Assembly (NCBI GenBank): GCA_032718475.1
Contig: JAUCBJ010004529.1
Coordinates: forward strand, 10,957 to 74,956
DNA from: Nemertoderma westbladi
Lineage: Eukaryota > Animalia > Xenacoelomorpha
Reading direction: 5' to 3'
DNA length: 64,000 nucleotides
In this document: in pieces, positions 1 to 12,390 of the stretch
Layout of the letters: the number at the start of each line of letters is the position of its first letter
Numbering within the stretch: the stretch's first letter is position 1
Made by a program: the position numbers and the translations under genes
The notes under the pieces: model-generated
Database searches by the model: none
Seen by the model: the letters and a program-made list of their open reading frames with translations, nothing else
Told to the model about the DNA's origin: nothing

Positions 1-967
1 TAACACTACATTATTCCCAAATGGATCCTTACATTGTAATTTCCTAAAGGAGTTTCAAGTTAATCCCCTACTTATCCCGCCTTAAACTCATTTAATATTC
101 CTCACCTGCGACTAACAATTACTAAAACTAACACCACCGCAGCAACATTCCCGCCTACCCCACGAATTATAGCAGAGTGAATTAAATACACTTTCGTTAA
201 CTATTTACGGAGTGGGCCATTTGATTTAGGGTACCATAACTGTGTAATTGAAATATATTGACGTTAAAACATAGATCCAGGCAGACAGTGGGAGTGTGTA
301 TTCAGAGTAGGCCTACTCAATTTCTGGGCCAGCCAATCAATGATGAAAACAATGGTTTGTCACAATTATTGATTGACATTAATATTAAGTAAAAGTGAGA
401 ATATATATTAGATAGTATAATATATTTCTTTAAATAAATACATACATTTAAATACATATTGTAAGTAGTAAGACTTTCTGTTATAGTATAAATATAAATA
501 TTAAAAAAATGCACCACAAATGAATTGTTTAGCAAGAATATTACAATAATGGAAGGAAATGGAAGAAAATATTACAACATATTAAATAACATCTGTATAG
601 GATTAAAAATAAAATGAATATTAACCAGATACTGTCTTACTGTAAACAAATTTGAAAATGCACTGTATATAGAATCAATGGTAGCAAAAACAAGTATACG
701 GTACTGTCTTTAGCTGTTGTAACACATTGATTTAATAATTGGAAATTATATTTTGCACCATAATTTATACATTTTAAACTCTATAATTGGTTATATGATT
801 CATTAATGAATGAAGTAACCACTTTAATCACAACGTAATATTATCGGTAAGGGAAGAAGAAAATATAGCTGACCTGCCTACATTACATACATTTTATAAT
901 ACCTAGAACGCATGACATGCGTCCTTTCTATTGCCAACTGCCCGCGCCCGGTACGTGCAGTATGTAA

Positions 968-1355
968 GGGGTGTTCATAAAGTATGTTACTGAAAGCCAC
1001 GCAGTCTGAACGCTATCAAGCACTCCCCCCATCACTCCGGGTCTTAGTAATCTTGTATTTGGAGATTATCAAAAGGTTTTTATAATATAATAAATGAATT
1101 ATTTAGATGATTTTATTATCAATAATTACAAAAATAAACCCAAAAACTATAGATAGATAGCGCAAGAAGACTTATCACACCGCGCCAAAATATAGTGCGG
1201 CGGGATTGTAAATATAATGAATTAAGTAAACTGAAATGATAAGATTACCGTTAAACACAAAAAGCGGACACCCCCCCCCCCCCACACACACACACAGTGT
1301 CAAGCACGCTCGATTTCCCACCCCCTCAAAGAGTGACATACTTTATGAACAACTC
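968..1355. mobile_element. Non-autonomous DNA transposon (MITE) with Zator-like TIRs
   Basis: Imperfect TIR GGGGTGTTCATAAAGTATGTTAC (968) / GTGACATACTTTATGAACAACTC (to 1355), preceded by TAA; no coding capacity. The Zator assignment is from TIR similarity only. Confidence 0.55.
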
Positions 1356-1629
1356 GACTAGTAAAGACTATGAGTGATGTATTCCTGGATAAAAACCAGC
1401 AAGTAGCGCAACATGATATCCATAGCCATCCTACCGAATGTATGTATGTACAGTAGACGGACAGTACAGACTACCATTTAAGCATCAAAAGTTAATAACC
1501 AACCAAGATACATATCGTTAGCTATGAATTGCACATATTATAAATTACTACAAACATCTTACCACTATGACAAATAAATACCAGAATGTAAACAAAAAAC
1601 TAAGTTAGAATATATAACATACAAATATT

Positions 1630-2400
1630 AGGGGGCGGGGGGACCCACCTACTGCATTTTTTTAATTATATGTACCGATCTCGAATGTGGTTACAAATGC
1701 CTAGAACATGAAACATGATGATATCACCGTAAAGAGAACCATCAAAAAGTAAACAAAAATTTGGCGCCACCTAGCGGCGTGCGAGAAATTTCAAAATGCC
1801 TCTAAAAACATTACTCCTCCCTTATATTCTATCTTCATTTTCGGATGCCATATTTTTTGGAACCATCATGATGAATTACATCATATTATTCTGCCACTTT
1901 TTGTGTTTTAATTTGTTGTTACTGAGAATTGGCAATTGTGTGAAAAAATATCAAGTTTAAAAGAGAATAAAAAAACAGTAGTATTTTTCTATTTTTTTCT
2001 TTAAAAAATTGGGAATATTATGAAATCAACAAAACTTCTCGATATTTTTTTTGCTTATGAAATTACCTTTCATATCAAGCAAAAATTAGAAAAAACTATG
2101 GCAATGGAGTTAGTGTTTTTGCGGTGAAAAATATAATTGCCATCAAATTTCATACCTTCCGGCGCAAAAGCACATGCCGGCGGTCTCTACGGTACTAAGG
2201 AGGCAGACCACCTCCCTAATATTTTCATTGAGCTTTCGAGATCGGTGATTTCAATTCCGACGTCAATTATAATATTTGGTGGAATCTAGTCTTTCTGTTT
2301 GTTGGTGTTACATTTTGACTGACAGATTGGCAGACCGAAATCCGACGATAACTCAATGAGATTCTCTAAGCCGTCTTCAGATTTGAATTCTGCTCTATAA
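1630..2400. mobile_element. Degenerate non-autonomous DNA-transposon-like repeat
   Basis: Inverted motif pair ACCGATCTCGAA (~1674) / TTCGAGATCGGT (~2236); shares GATTTGAA and GACAGA-type motifs with the repeats at ~33400-33800 and ~42510-43030. Confidence 0.3.
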
Positions 2401-3156
2401 ATCAACCGCATTTATTTGCGGAGAAAATATATCACTTTTTTCCAATTACGTTTACGAATTCCATGACACATAAGGGTTCAATATAATGTAAAAATCTTAG
2501 CACAGTAGTTGATGAGTCTATAGATACTAATAAATATTACGCATGTGCTTCCTATCCAGCTATACTGCATTATATAGTTATTATACTATACATGTAGATA
2601 CATCGTACCTGAATTACTCGTATACAAGGGTCATTCATGGTTGTGATAATAAATGAATAAACCCCGGGGGCACCAAAAGATCACAAATAGATGCGGTTGT
2701 CTACAAACTATTAATGGAGTTAATTCATGAAAACGCACTACACATTACAGTTAATTGATTTTCAGTTAATATTAAACACACTGCATCTCTATAAATACCG
2801 GTAATATAGAGTGAAAAGTATTAAAATCAAGATAAAATGTTAACATAACAAATAATAACATAACTAATATTCACATTTTTCGATTTTCGCCTCCCATTTG
2901 CTTTGTAATGCCACATTATTTCATAATACATATATTCACTTAACAACATAAAATTACTCCAAAAATAGTATAAAATTACTATTTATTACATGAAAAAATC
3001 AATTAGGCCTTTTTCCCGCTTATCAGAGATGTACAACTTGCCGATAGAGCGTCAGCGCGCGATGGTAATTATACATTTACAGTAAATTTTTTTACATATT
3101 TTTTAAATTTACGGGTAATCTGGATAAAAAAAGTTGTTTTTCATGTAATACGTAGT

Positions 3157-3162
3157 TTTATT
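3157..3162 (-). terminator. Candidate polyadenylation signal (AATAAA) of the formin gene
   Basis: TTTATT on + about 125 nt past the stop codon; a second one at 2982-2987. The context is AT-rich, so chance occurrence is possible. Confidence 0.35.
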
Positions 3163-3286
3163 CTTAAAATTAAATTGCCTTTCCTCTTCCGTTTACGGTA
3201 CACATAACTGAGGGCGCAGATCCAAAAAGTAGAAAAACATCTGGGATTCAAATGCAAATTAAAGATCACGATACTAGAGGATCTCC

Positions 3287-6200
3287 CTAATTCCTAACGT
3301 TTTTCAATATGAGTCTGTCTTTGAGACCGCCTTTACGAACCGGGACCGTTACTATAGAGTTGCGTCTCTCTCTCTGGATCTCCGCTATTCGCCTCTCGGC
3401 AGCGGCTAGTTCCTCCCGCAGAGCACTTCGTTCCGCCGCAACCCACAGTTCCTTAACGTCGTTACACAATTCGGCCCAAAACTGAAAGTAATCTGACGGC
3501 GTCACTACGTTACTCTTACTCCCTAACTTGGGTTTCACCATAAAATAGTCGACCGTGCTGCGGAATTCGCGAATCGCTTCCTCCAGTTTCTTTGTATAAG
3601 TTTCAACATCAATTCGGGACTTATCTAGGAAATCTGTCATCTTAAACTTAAAAGCATCGTTGGAGCTGTCATCCTCTTCTTTAAAAATGCTTAAAATTAT
3701 ATTTTCGTGTGATTTCAAGTTCGTTACATATTTTCGTATTTCCCGCGACATTTCATCCAAATCAACGTGAATCGCACCGTATTTCCCAACTATCTTGGCC
3801 GGGCCGGGCACCGGCATTTCAGAATCGATGCCCCACTTAGTGATATACAAATTGGTAACATATTGTAACAAAGTAGTTGTATTGTCTAGGGATTTTATGT
3901 CTTTTAATTTTCCGAGTATATCGAGTTGGAAACCGTCTGCTTGACCTCTGGATTTATTGCCACCGTTCATATAATTCCCCAAAGACAGAACTAATCCGAG
4001 AAAGTTGTGTAATCCTTCGTTACGCCTCATGTACAGACACACGTCTAATAGATTGTCCACCTTCATGGTGAAATCTGTAAACGCTTCAGAGAACGATGCT
4101 TCGAAAGTAATACAAGATATTCGCCGGGAAAACATCGGTATCTGTGAGAGTTGCAGTATAAAGGACTCGGGTTTGTCTAGAGCAGTCTCTGGGTTACTGG
4201 TAACGTGGTCATTGACCATCTTAATTTCTTCATCAGTGCCTTTTATGTCATCTAAACCTTTAATAATGTCAATATCTACTGTAGAGAAATCGGCGGTAAG
4301 TAATGCGTTTTCTATGTCAGCTATATCAACATGAACCGAACTCATATATATACCCACGTTCTGACTACGTTTAGAGTCCAAAATTTTCTTAGGCTTTGCC
4401 AATTTCGGTTTATCGAAACTATCAACAAGCGACTTTTTACAAGCCGTCGTCTGAGCGTTTTTGCCAAAAAAGCTTTCGATTTCGTCAGGATTTACTTCAC
4501 CGTCTTGGAGACTGTTCCAGATTGTAGATTCTACGAATTCTATCGATTTTCCTGGAGGAAGACGATGAAATTGAATAGGAGTCCAAAATACGGTCTTCAT
4601 TTGTTTGTTAGGCGTTATAGGAGGTTTGCGGGGTTCTTGTAGGCGTAATATTTGGTGCGCATATCCGCCGGGAGGAGGGGGTATGGGTGTACCAGTACCA
4701 GGTGGTGGGGGTGGTACTGGTGTACCTGTAGGGGGAGGTGGTGGTGGAACAGGTGCACCAGGTGGTGGGGGTGGTACTGGTGTACCTGTAGGGGGAGGTG
4801 GTGGTGGAAGAGGTGGACCAGGAGGTGGGGGTGGCGGTGGAGGTGGAGGGGCTGCCTCCTGCACACTCGGGGGAGGGGGTGGGGGTGGTGGAGGCTTCGA
4901 TGCCTCTCCAGATGGAATTATCACACCAACATGGGGAGTTGTTCCCACGCCGGTCGGGGGTGCACCAGGTGGGTGGTCAGACGGAGAGACCCCATCATGG
5001 ATCGAACGCCCTTCGTTGGTATCACGATGTGGAGACGAATTCTGGTTGAGCGGAACATCCGAATCGAAATCGAATCGAAACGATAACCTGTCAACGAGTA
5101 AATTACCATCTGTTTGCGCGCTGGAATCCCGGGAATTCAGAGAACCTATATGTTTTAACTCAGCAACGGATTTATCTAATAACATACTTTGTTCCGTTTG
5201 CACTGCTATCTCAGAGACATCCACTTTGGTCTCGGCTTCCATCATTAATCGCTTTAACTCGCCCTTTAATACCAATATCGTACTCTCCAGAGCCTCTTGT
5301 TTGTCCTCATAATCTTCGCGAATTTCTCTTAGTTTCATATTATACCGTTCGTCGCAGTCGTCTACAACTTCTTTAAAATACCTCGAGACAGTGACCAGGG
5401 CTTTCTGATGTTCAACCTCGGTGTACTTCTTGCCTCCCTGATCTGCATCCTTAGCTGGCGGCCACACGATTGTCGATTGCAGCCGGCCCGGGACGTCGAA
5501 ATGTTCATATTTGGCGGGAGATCTGAAGTACTCTTTGTGCGCCCATGTGTACATCCAGGACTCCTTAAATAAACCGCTGTCTGACTGAGTTTCTAGAGGA
5601 ATTATAGCGCCGGTTTGTAATAAACACTGGGATAAACAGTGTAAGGCGGTTCGTGGAAAAGTAAGTTCACCCTTGGAGGAGTTGAGCATCTCGTGATGGA
5701 GCCAATCTACAAACATTTTACCTTCAAAAACATCCTTGTCAATAAACTGCGATTGAACATTGATAGGAGTGGATTTCAATTTACCTTCGTCGTTGTTGCT
5801 CATAAATCGTTCCACTTTTGAGGAAACATTGTGACCCCTTTGAGATCCCGGACTTGTTTTAGATCGCCAACCAAGAAAGTTTCCCAACTTCGTTACCGAA
5901 TTCATTGTCTTAGTGAGTAATCCCTTCGACTCAACATCAGCGTCCGGTGTATCAATTGAGTCAACCTTGCCATCATTATCAAAAACTTCGTCATTAAAGT
6001 ACAAATAATTGGGGTCGTCTGCTCTAATACGTTGTTTGAATTCTGCTGTAGGGGTATGGTATGGGGTAAAACGGTCTCCAACAACGTCTGGCTTCACGTC
6101 TAACTGATCGGGTCTGCCTAGTGGAGCACTGGTCGAACGATTAAACGACAACGATCGAGTAACTCCAGGAGGATCTAGTGACGGCGAAGCATCGTATAAA

Positions 6201-7039
6201 TCATTAGAGCCATCAGCACAAGGAATGTCCTCATTATATTGAAGGAATTTGTAGGATTTTCTTAAACTTTCAACTAATGTTGCCATTGTTTCATCGGGAA
6301 CACCCCCTTCGCTGACTGACCGAGGATCACTCGGTGGGCAGGCCAGTTGGGGAGTAAGTGGATCGCGGTAGATTAGAGGATCGGAAGTGTTTGTTTCAGG
6401 TTCATTTGGTGTCTGGGAAAGGCTACCGGATACCACGTGACGTTGTCTCATCGTACGGGTTTTACGAAATATATCCGACGGCAGGCTGCGACTGAATGCC
6501 GCTGTGTTATCCAAACCCGATTCATGTGAAGTCGTTTTAGGAGGGGATACACGTGTACCTTTGCCTCCTCTGTTGATGACATCATTATCATTATTAAAGG
6601 AAATGGTATTTAAACCACCAGTAGAGCGCGAGATGGGTGTCGGCGTAGGGGGACTGGATTGCACTTGGAAAATGTTTCCAGTTTGTTTAGTTCCGGTACC
6701 GGTATATATTTTACTGCCAATCGAACCAAAAGTTAAACTTAGACGTGGACTAGGAATTGGTTTATCCAATGTGGGGAGAGGAATAGAAGAAGAGGGGCTT
6801 TTGTGTTCCTGACTTTCAGCTTGAGGACTACGATATAGAATATTTTTTGCAAATTGACGATTTTCTATCGATTCATATTCTTTGTCTGGAACGGCCAAAG
6901 CGCTGTCTATATCTTCAGGTGATAAATCATGGTTGGCCGCCTTCCAAAACTCAGCTGAATTAAATTCTCCATTAGTACACGAAGGACATATTGAATCGTC
7001 CACTTGTTTGGGTAGTTGTGGATCACTATTGTAAGCCAT
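3287..7039 (-). CDS. FMN: Formin, FMN/Cappuccino subtype (low-complexity N-terminus, DEP-like segment, coiled coil, FH1, FH2, FSI tail); single uninterrupted ORF
   Basis: 1250-aa ORF. Poly-Pro FH1 at ~4670-4900. FH2 motifs MKTVFWTPI, ILDSKRSQNVGI, LDKPESF, LGNYMNGGNKSRGQADGFQLDILGKLKDIKS. The C-terminal GLKDRL resembles the formin-Spire interaction tail of FMN1/2/Capu. An in-frame TAG lies 4 codons upstream of the ATG. Confidence 0.93.
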   Translation of the reverse strand: MAYNSDPQLPKQVDDSICPSCTNGEFNSAEFWKAANHDLSPEDIDSALAVPDKEYESIENRQFAKNILYRSPQAESQEHKSPSSSIPLPTLDKPIPSPRLSLTFGSIGSKIYTGTGTKQTGNIFQVQSSPPTPTPISRSTGGLNTISFNNDNDVINRGGKGTRVSPPKTTSHESGLDNTAAFSRSLPSDIFRKTRTMRQRHVVSGSLSQTPNEPETNTSDPLIYRDPLTPQLACPPSDPRSVSEGGVPDETMATLVESLRKSYKFLQYNEDIPCADGSNDLYDASPSLDPPGVTRSLSFNRSTSAPLGRPDQLDVKPDVVGDRFTPYHTPTAEFKQRIRADDPNYLYFNDEVFDNDGKVDSIDTPDADVESKGLLTKTMNSVTKLGNFLGWRSKTSPGSQRGHNVSSKVERFMSNNDEGKLKSTPINVQSQFIDKDVFEGKMFVDWLHHEMLNSSKGELTFPRTALHCLSQCLLQTGAIIPLETQSDSGLFKESWMYTWAHKEYFRSPAKYEHFDVPGRLQSTIVWPPAKDADQGGKKYTEVEHQKALVTVSRYFKEVVDDCDERYNMKLREIREDYEDKQEALESTILVLKGELKRLMMEAETKVDVSEIAVQTEQSMLLDKSVAELKHIGSLNSRDSSAQTDGNLLVDRLSFRFDFDSDVPLNQNSSPHRDTNEGRSIHDGVSPSDHPPGAPPTGVGTTPHVGVIIPSGEASKPPPPPPPPPSVQEAAPPPPPPPPPPGPPLPPPPPPTGTPVPPPPPGAPVPPPPPPTGTPVPPPPPGTGTPIPPPPGGYAHQILRLQEPRKPPITPNKQMKTVFWTPIQFHRLPPGKSIEFVESTIWNSLQDGEVNPDEIESFFGKNAQTTACKKSLVDSFDKPKLAKPKKILDSKRSQNVGIYMSSVHVDIADIENALLTADFSTVDIDIIKGLDDIKGTDEEIKMVNDHVTSNPETALDKPESFILQLSQIPMFSRRISCITFEASFSEAFTDFTMKVDNLLDVCLYMRRNEGLHNFLGLVLSLGNYMNGGNKSRGQADGFQLDILGKLKDIKSLDNTTTLLQYVTNLYITKWGIDSEMPVPGPAKIVGKYGAIHVDLDEMSREIRKYVTNLKSHENIILSIFKEEDDSSNDAFKFKMTDFLDKSRIDVETYTKKLEEAIREFRSTVDYFMVKPKLGSKSNVVTPSDYFQFWAELCNDVKELWVAAERSALREELAAAERRIAEIQRERRNSIVTVPVRKGGLKDRLILKNVRN

Positions 7040-8079
7040 TACTAAGGGCTAATTATAAGCGGATGGGGATTACTTAAAAAAAATCGCCAAAAATTCTGTC
7101 CTACAGTCTGACAGTCATTTAAACAGCCATCTGTCTTTCAAAAATTAAACAATAAACTAATCTAAGCCCTACAAGTTGACAGAAAATAAGTTAGGCCTAA
7201 TATGTTAATTAATAAATATGTTAATTTCCGTACGGTTTTACAGGTTTGAGATTGAGAATCACCGGTTTGAAATAATTTAACTTGTTTTGGATGTGGAAGG
7301 GTAACATCGTGTTTCAGGGCCTAACAGGCGAATTTTTTTCTATACCTTTTTTCGCATAAACAGATAAAACCCGTCCCTGTTTTGAAACACTTTTGAAAAA
7401 AATTTCATCAATTACATTTATATACAGATATACGTGCAATTCATTACAATTCAGGGAATTACAAAGCATTATTAAAGCATCAATAGTATTATTAAAAAGG
7501 ATACAAAATTTGGCAACAGTAATAAATGGAAGGAAAAACTGAATTAGATGCCCTGCCTGACGAGACGAGTTAGACTAGATTACAGGATTAGATGAATTAG
7601 ACAAAACATATCACATATACCATATACAGTTGATATAGGCCTACCGTCCACACCACACTACTCCAGTACTCTGCTACTCTATGGCTCTGCACCAAATAAT
7701 TTAGGCCTACTCCAGTACCGGTACTCCTTGACCAAGTAAGGCCTAAGCCTAACCCTAACATAGGCTGATAGGCCTACACAAGCACAAGCGGACCAAAAAA
7801 ATAAATCTTTCCAAAAAAAATATCAAAAGAACAAAACACATACTTTTCGCACCAAACAGCCAAATAGGCCTACTGAAATAATTTTAATTGAGGCCTAGTC
7901 AGCTAGTTGTTGACCAAAAAAAAATACATCTGAACTAATCAGCTAATGTTATAAATTCGACCCAAAAATTAAAACATCAGCCCCAAAACACACATTTACT
8001 TTAGGCTACACTAAAACACATAAAATCAAACAACAATAGTCAGATATATGATATTTATTTCCATCACTGCATCAAGTCG

Positions 8080-8275
8080 GCCTTTTCTAACCAAAACAAT
8101 AAACGATCTTGTCACCAATTGAGGGAAAGGAGCATGGAGCATGGTACAGAGACGGCTTTTTCTAATCAAAACAATGACTGAATGAACTATGTAGAATGTA
8201 GTTACCAATTGAGGGAAAGTAGCGTATTACAGACAGACAGAGATGGCGTTTTCTAACCAAAACAATAAACGATGT
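8080..8275 (-). repeat. Degenerate inverted copies of the ~60-bp repeat unit arrayed at 60170-60745
   Basis: TTTTCTAACCAAAACAATAAACGAT and CCAATTGAGGGAAAGGAGCA are reverse complements of the 60-kb array unit. Confidence 0.75.
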
Positions 8276-8289
8276 TGTTAACAATCCAG

Positions 8290-8839
8290 CCAGACTGCAA
8301 ACCACCACTGAACCGCGCACAACGCCTGTGCACAATTTTTCAGCCGCGCAATATTGGACAATATACCGCGCATGCACCGAAAATAACGCGCACACCTCGT
8401 TTTAACAAAAAAAAAATGAATAACATACACTGAGCGAATCGAGCAAAATTTTTTAATTACCCGGTAACAATCTGACAATGCAAAATGAAAAAGAAACGCG
8501 AGCAAAACTCAATGTGAGCGAAATTTAGACATTTGAGCAATCTGACAACGCAAAATGCAAAGAAACCCGAGCGAAGCGAGCGAAATATTTTGTGGCAAAT
8601 TATTTTTCTCACTTTGCAATTTCCATGCATGTAAACGTTTTTACACCTCATCCAGTCATCCGCCTGTCCGCGCACTTTATTACTTTTGATATTTTGCACA
8701 GATTACTGCGCACTTTTGTTGTCTTTCACATAATTTCGCGCACTTTTATTTCAGTTCCGCGTGCTTTTACCGCGCACTATTTCAAATACGCGCACAACCT
8801 GACAACGCGTTGCGATTTTTGCACTTCATTTGCAGCCTG
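8290..8839. mobile_element. hAT-like MITE
   Basis: TIR CAGACTGCAAA / TTTGCAGCCTG; GTTAACAAT direct repeat on both flanks (left copy offset by a few bp); internal GAGCGAAGCGAGC and CTGACAACGC repeats. Confidence 0.5.
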
Positions 8840-9329
8840 GTTAACAATAACAATATCGAATAGGGACAGGGTAGGGTATAAAATTAAAATATAGGCCTAT
8901 CTGCCTATAGCTGTCACTGTCACAGCAACACAATAACAACTGGCCATGCAGGAGGCAGAAAGGAAACTCACACTGCAGCACTGGCTGACTGCAACTGGTC
9001 ATTTATTTACGTATTTATAACCTTATGCTGTTATGCAGTAGGCAGGTAGGCCATCACAGTTCCAGCTATCAGCTGATCAGTCATTATTGCTATTGGTCAT
9101 AGTCAGTTGATTTATTTACATAATATTGCTGTATTTTATAAGCTATATTTATATTATATTATATTATTTGGATGGAGACACCGCTGTCATAGAAGCGTAT
9201 AAATAAAACTGCACATATAATAAAACAGGCAGACAGAATAAGTTGAACAGTGAATAAAACAAAACGACTTATACTATGGCACTATTGATAATGAAACAAT
9301 TTATTACCGACACACATGTGTAACCATTG

Positions 9330-10040
9330 GAAATTACAGTTCAATGACTCCAAGTGCAAGGTCATGCATGCATCTAGTTTCTAGAAATCCCCAAGCAACT
9401 TTTTACACAATGAATGGACGGACACTTTTAACTGCAACCGAGGAACGTGATTTTGGAATTACATTTACACCAGACTTGTCCTTCACAGCATCACAGCTCA
9501 CTACACAAAGACTGCAGCCCGCCATGCAAGTCGTACATTTAATACGAAGAACTTTTACATATTTGGAAGCTCCGATGTTTACCCTCTGACCCTGTTATAC
9601 AAACCCCTTGTTCGGCCTCTCCTTGAATACGACACAGTTGTTTGTTCGCCATTCCTCCGACATGATAAATATTGAATGTCTTGAACAAGTACAACACCGT
9701 GTGGTCACTCGCCTTGTACAGTTGTACTATCGCTGGCTGAATTGTCATATGAAAACCGACTACTTGCATTCAAACTACCGACATTAATATATCGCCGTGT
9801 ACTAGCCGACCTTATAACAACATACAAGTTTATCAACGGGATTGACAAAATTTAGCGAAGTAATTTCTTCCAGTTTCGTTCCTAACTCCACCAATGTTAA
9901 CACGCAACAACTTTGCGCGTTGTAAACATTTGGAATCCTTTACCATTACCGGAAAGTGTTGTTAATGCACGTAATACCCTTGGTACTCCATGATTGAGCA
10001 TATTCAAAAAAAGACTAGACTGCGAAATGTCCCTTAAAAT
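9330..10040 (+). mobile_element. CR1-like LINE, degenerate 3' part of ORF2
   Basis: Frameshifted peptides EERDFGITF, IRRTFTYL, LYKPLVRPLLEY, LEQVQHR, PTLIYRR..DLITTYKFING, typical of the post-RT region of CR1-group LINEs. Confidence 0.75.
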
Positions 10041-11159
10041 GAATATATAGTGATACTCCTGTGCGCCAAGTGGCAGTAGTGAAAGCGATATCTTTCGGAT
10101 ACAACGATATCTTTATTAAAATCAAGCTACAGTACCGGTACCTATTATTTTTTCATCTTTTCAATCCCAAAAATGTTTAATTGTTTTCCTATCTTTTGTA
10201 GTTACTTTACTTTGCGCGTTTTATTTCAGCAGTAATATTTTACTTATGCGACATACGGTACTACCTGTCTGCCTGTGGTACCAAATTTATGTTCCGTATA
10301 AACTACGTTACTACGTATTGTTGTGTTGTATCCTATAGAGTATTGTAAACTTGTCCTTATTATTTTGTTTGCCTTTAGTACTTTATGTTGTCGAAGCCCT
10401 TGAACCTACTGTAAGTATGCTTTGCCGGTTTTTAATTTAATTTTAGTGTAATTTCATTTTTTTTTTATAATTAATATGCACCAACTTAGTCCGGCAGCCA
10501 CGTACCTCTTTTTGGCCTAACCGAAAATTTTTGGACGGATTACATTTTGTGGATGTTTTGGTGTCTAGGGGTCCCTCTTAACATAAAAAGTGATTTATGG
10601 ACTTTGACACCTTGGGCAATTCTTATTAATGACCCGTTTCTATGGACTACAGTATTTTATATGAAAGCTTAGCGATCAGAATGGCGATTAACTATTGGGC
10701 TTGAAGTGGTTGTAATTTTGATCGAAAATATGAAAATTTTAGAGAAACTATTGAAGTGTTGCTATGGTAACGAAGGCACTACAGCTATCGCTCTATCTTT
10801 CCAAATGAAAAACTACTATGCCTACTGACACTCGTGTGTTTTTTGTTTCGTTTGTGCACTTTATTAATAATATGTTTCCCTAATTAATATGCACCACATC
10901 AATTTTGTGTAGAAGTATGGTTAGCAACAAATACCCGTATTCACGGAAACCACAGTAATTTATTGCGGACATCACATCTGAAGCATTTAAAACCTAGACA
11001 GAAAATTATTACCTTAAAATGTATATATAAATAATTTGTCTCCTGCTTGTTTATAACACTTTTTTAATGCTAAATATACAAAATGTATTTAATGCATGGC
11101 GAATATGGAGACTATGCATTTTATATTATTCATTGTTTGATTATAAATAATACAATATG

Positions 11160-12390
11160 AAATTACGAAAAGTTTGCGCATTAATCTTTAGTGCAGTTGC
11201 AAAATTCTGTGAAATCAGGTTGATTTTTTCTGCAGGTGCACTTCTGCGATTTACATGGGATTTTGGATGAACTGAACAGGTACACCGAATTAATTGCAAA
11301 ATGCATTCCGGCGTTGGTGGTATGCCCTCAGGGATTGCAATCGGGGAAAGTTGATTGTTAGCTATTATCCACCCATATTTTCTAGGGTCTACACTAGGTG
11401 GTCTAACTGTGTTCTGCATTGTGTTCTTCTACACCATTACTTTCAAATGGGCCCTTTTCACGTTCTCTGACAAGGAGTCAGTGGTTGGTGGTATTGTTTG
11501 CAGCTTTGCACAGCTGGTAATTGTTTTTTTTTCTGTGCACACCTTTGTCGTGACTGGGACATGTTGTTTGAGTCATATCCATGTCAGTTATAAAGTTAGT
11601 ACATTCCATTAAGACTGTAGATTGCGGTGCTTCCATATCTCCCAAACAAGTAAGAGTGAGTCCTTTATCCAAAGCCTTGATGACTTTCGCTTTGCCAATC
11701 CCAAACATGCTTGCAACCATGTCACAACCAGATAATGCATGGCCTCCCAAAAGATTTCCTATGATACCGCGATGCATTTACTGTTTCTCCCACGTCTATT
11801 ACTGCGGTCTGGTTTTGTAATGGGGATTTTGTGAAAATTGAATTGGTTATACCTGTAATTTCCCTCAGATAAAAATGTAATAATAGAAGAAATACAGAAT
11901 ATTTATCTGCGAAAAGGCGCATAGCGCGCATGTTCTGTGGAAATGTTTTCCCAGATAACGTCTTCGAAACACCGCCAAAATACACACGATACACTTCAGA
12001 AAGGCCGGTTTCAACCATTAAACTTCCTATGGATCCAATGATCCAATGGTCAATACATTTAGCTCGATGTTGACCAATAGCAGACCACGCCAAAACTTTT
12101 AATGGCAAGGCATTACCGGGTTTGAAATACCAGTATAACTCTTGATATCTATGTCATTCTAGTTCTTTTGACATTTCCTTTTTGGTCAATCTCAGTATAG
12201 AATGATCCGCTCAATCCACATGTGATAAGGTAGGTCCAATATTCCTGTTTGGTTGGGTTATTAGCATAGCTAGTGAATGCGTGGATTTCTTACAATTCAT
12301 GGAACTTAAATTCGTTTATACAGTAGTTTGCTTGGTATTACCTAGGTAAACTCCGAGGGCAACCTGTAAGGGAGTCGGATGACTCTAGTC
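11160..12390 (-). pseudogene. Academ protein relic: transposase-region motif, XPG/FEN1-like H3TH motif and C-terminal Cys-rich finger
   Basis: IGSIGSLMVETGLSEV..FGGVSKTLSGKTFPQNMRAMRL; HALSGCD..SMFGIGKAKVIKAL; PPT..L..NVKRAHL; DPRKYGW..PPTPECILQLIRCTC; multiple frameshifts. Confidence 0.8.

Noticed and set aside
3877-6812. Short ORFs overlapping the formin, including a Gly-rich 235-aa antisense ORF
   Set aside because: Shadow frames of the formin CDS and its poly-Pro tract.
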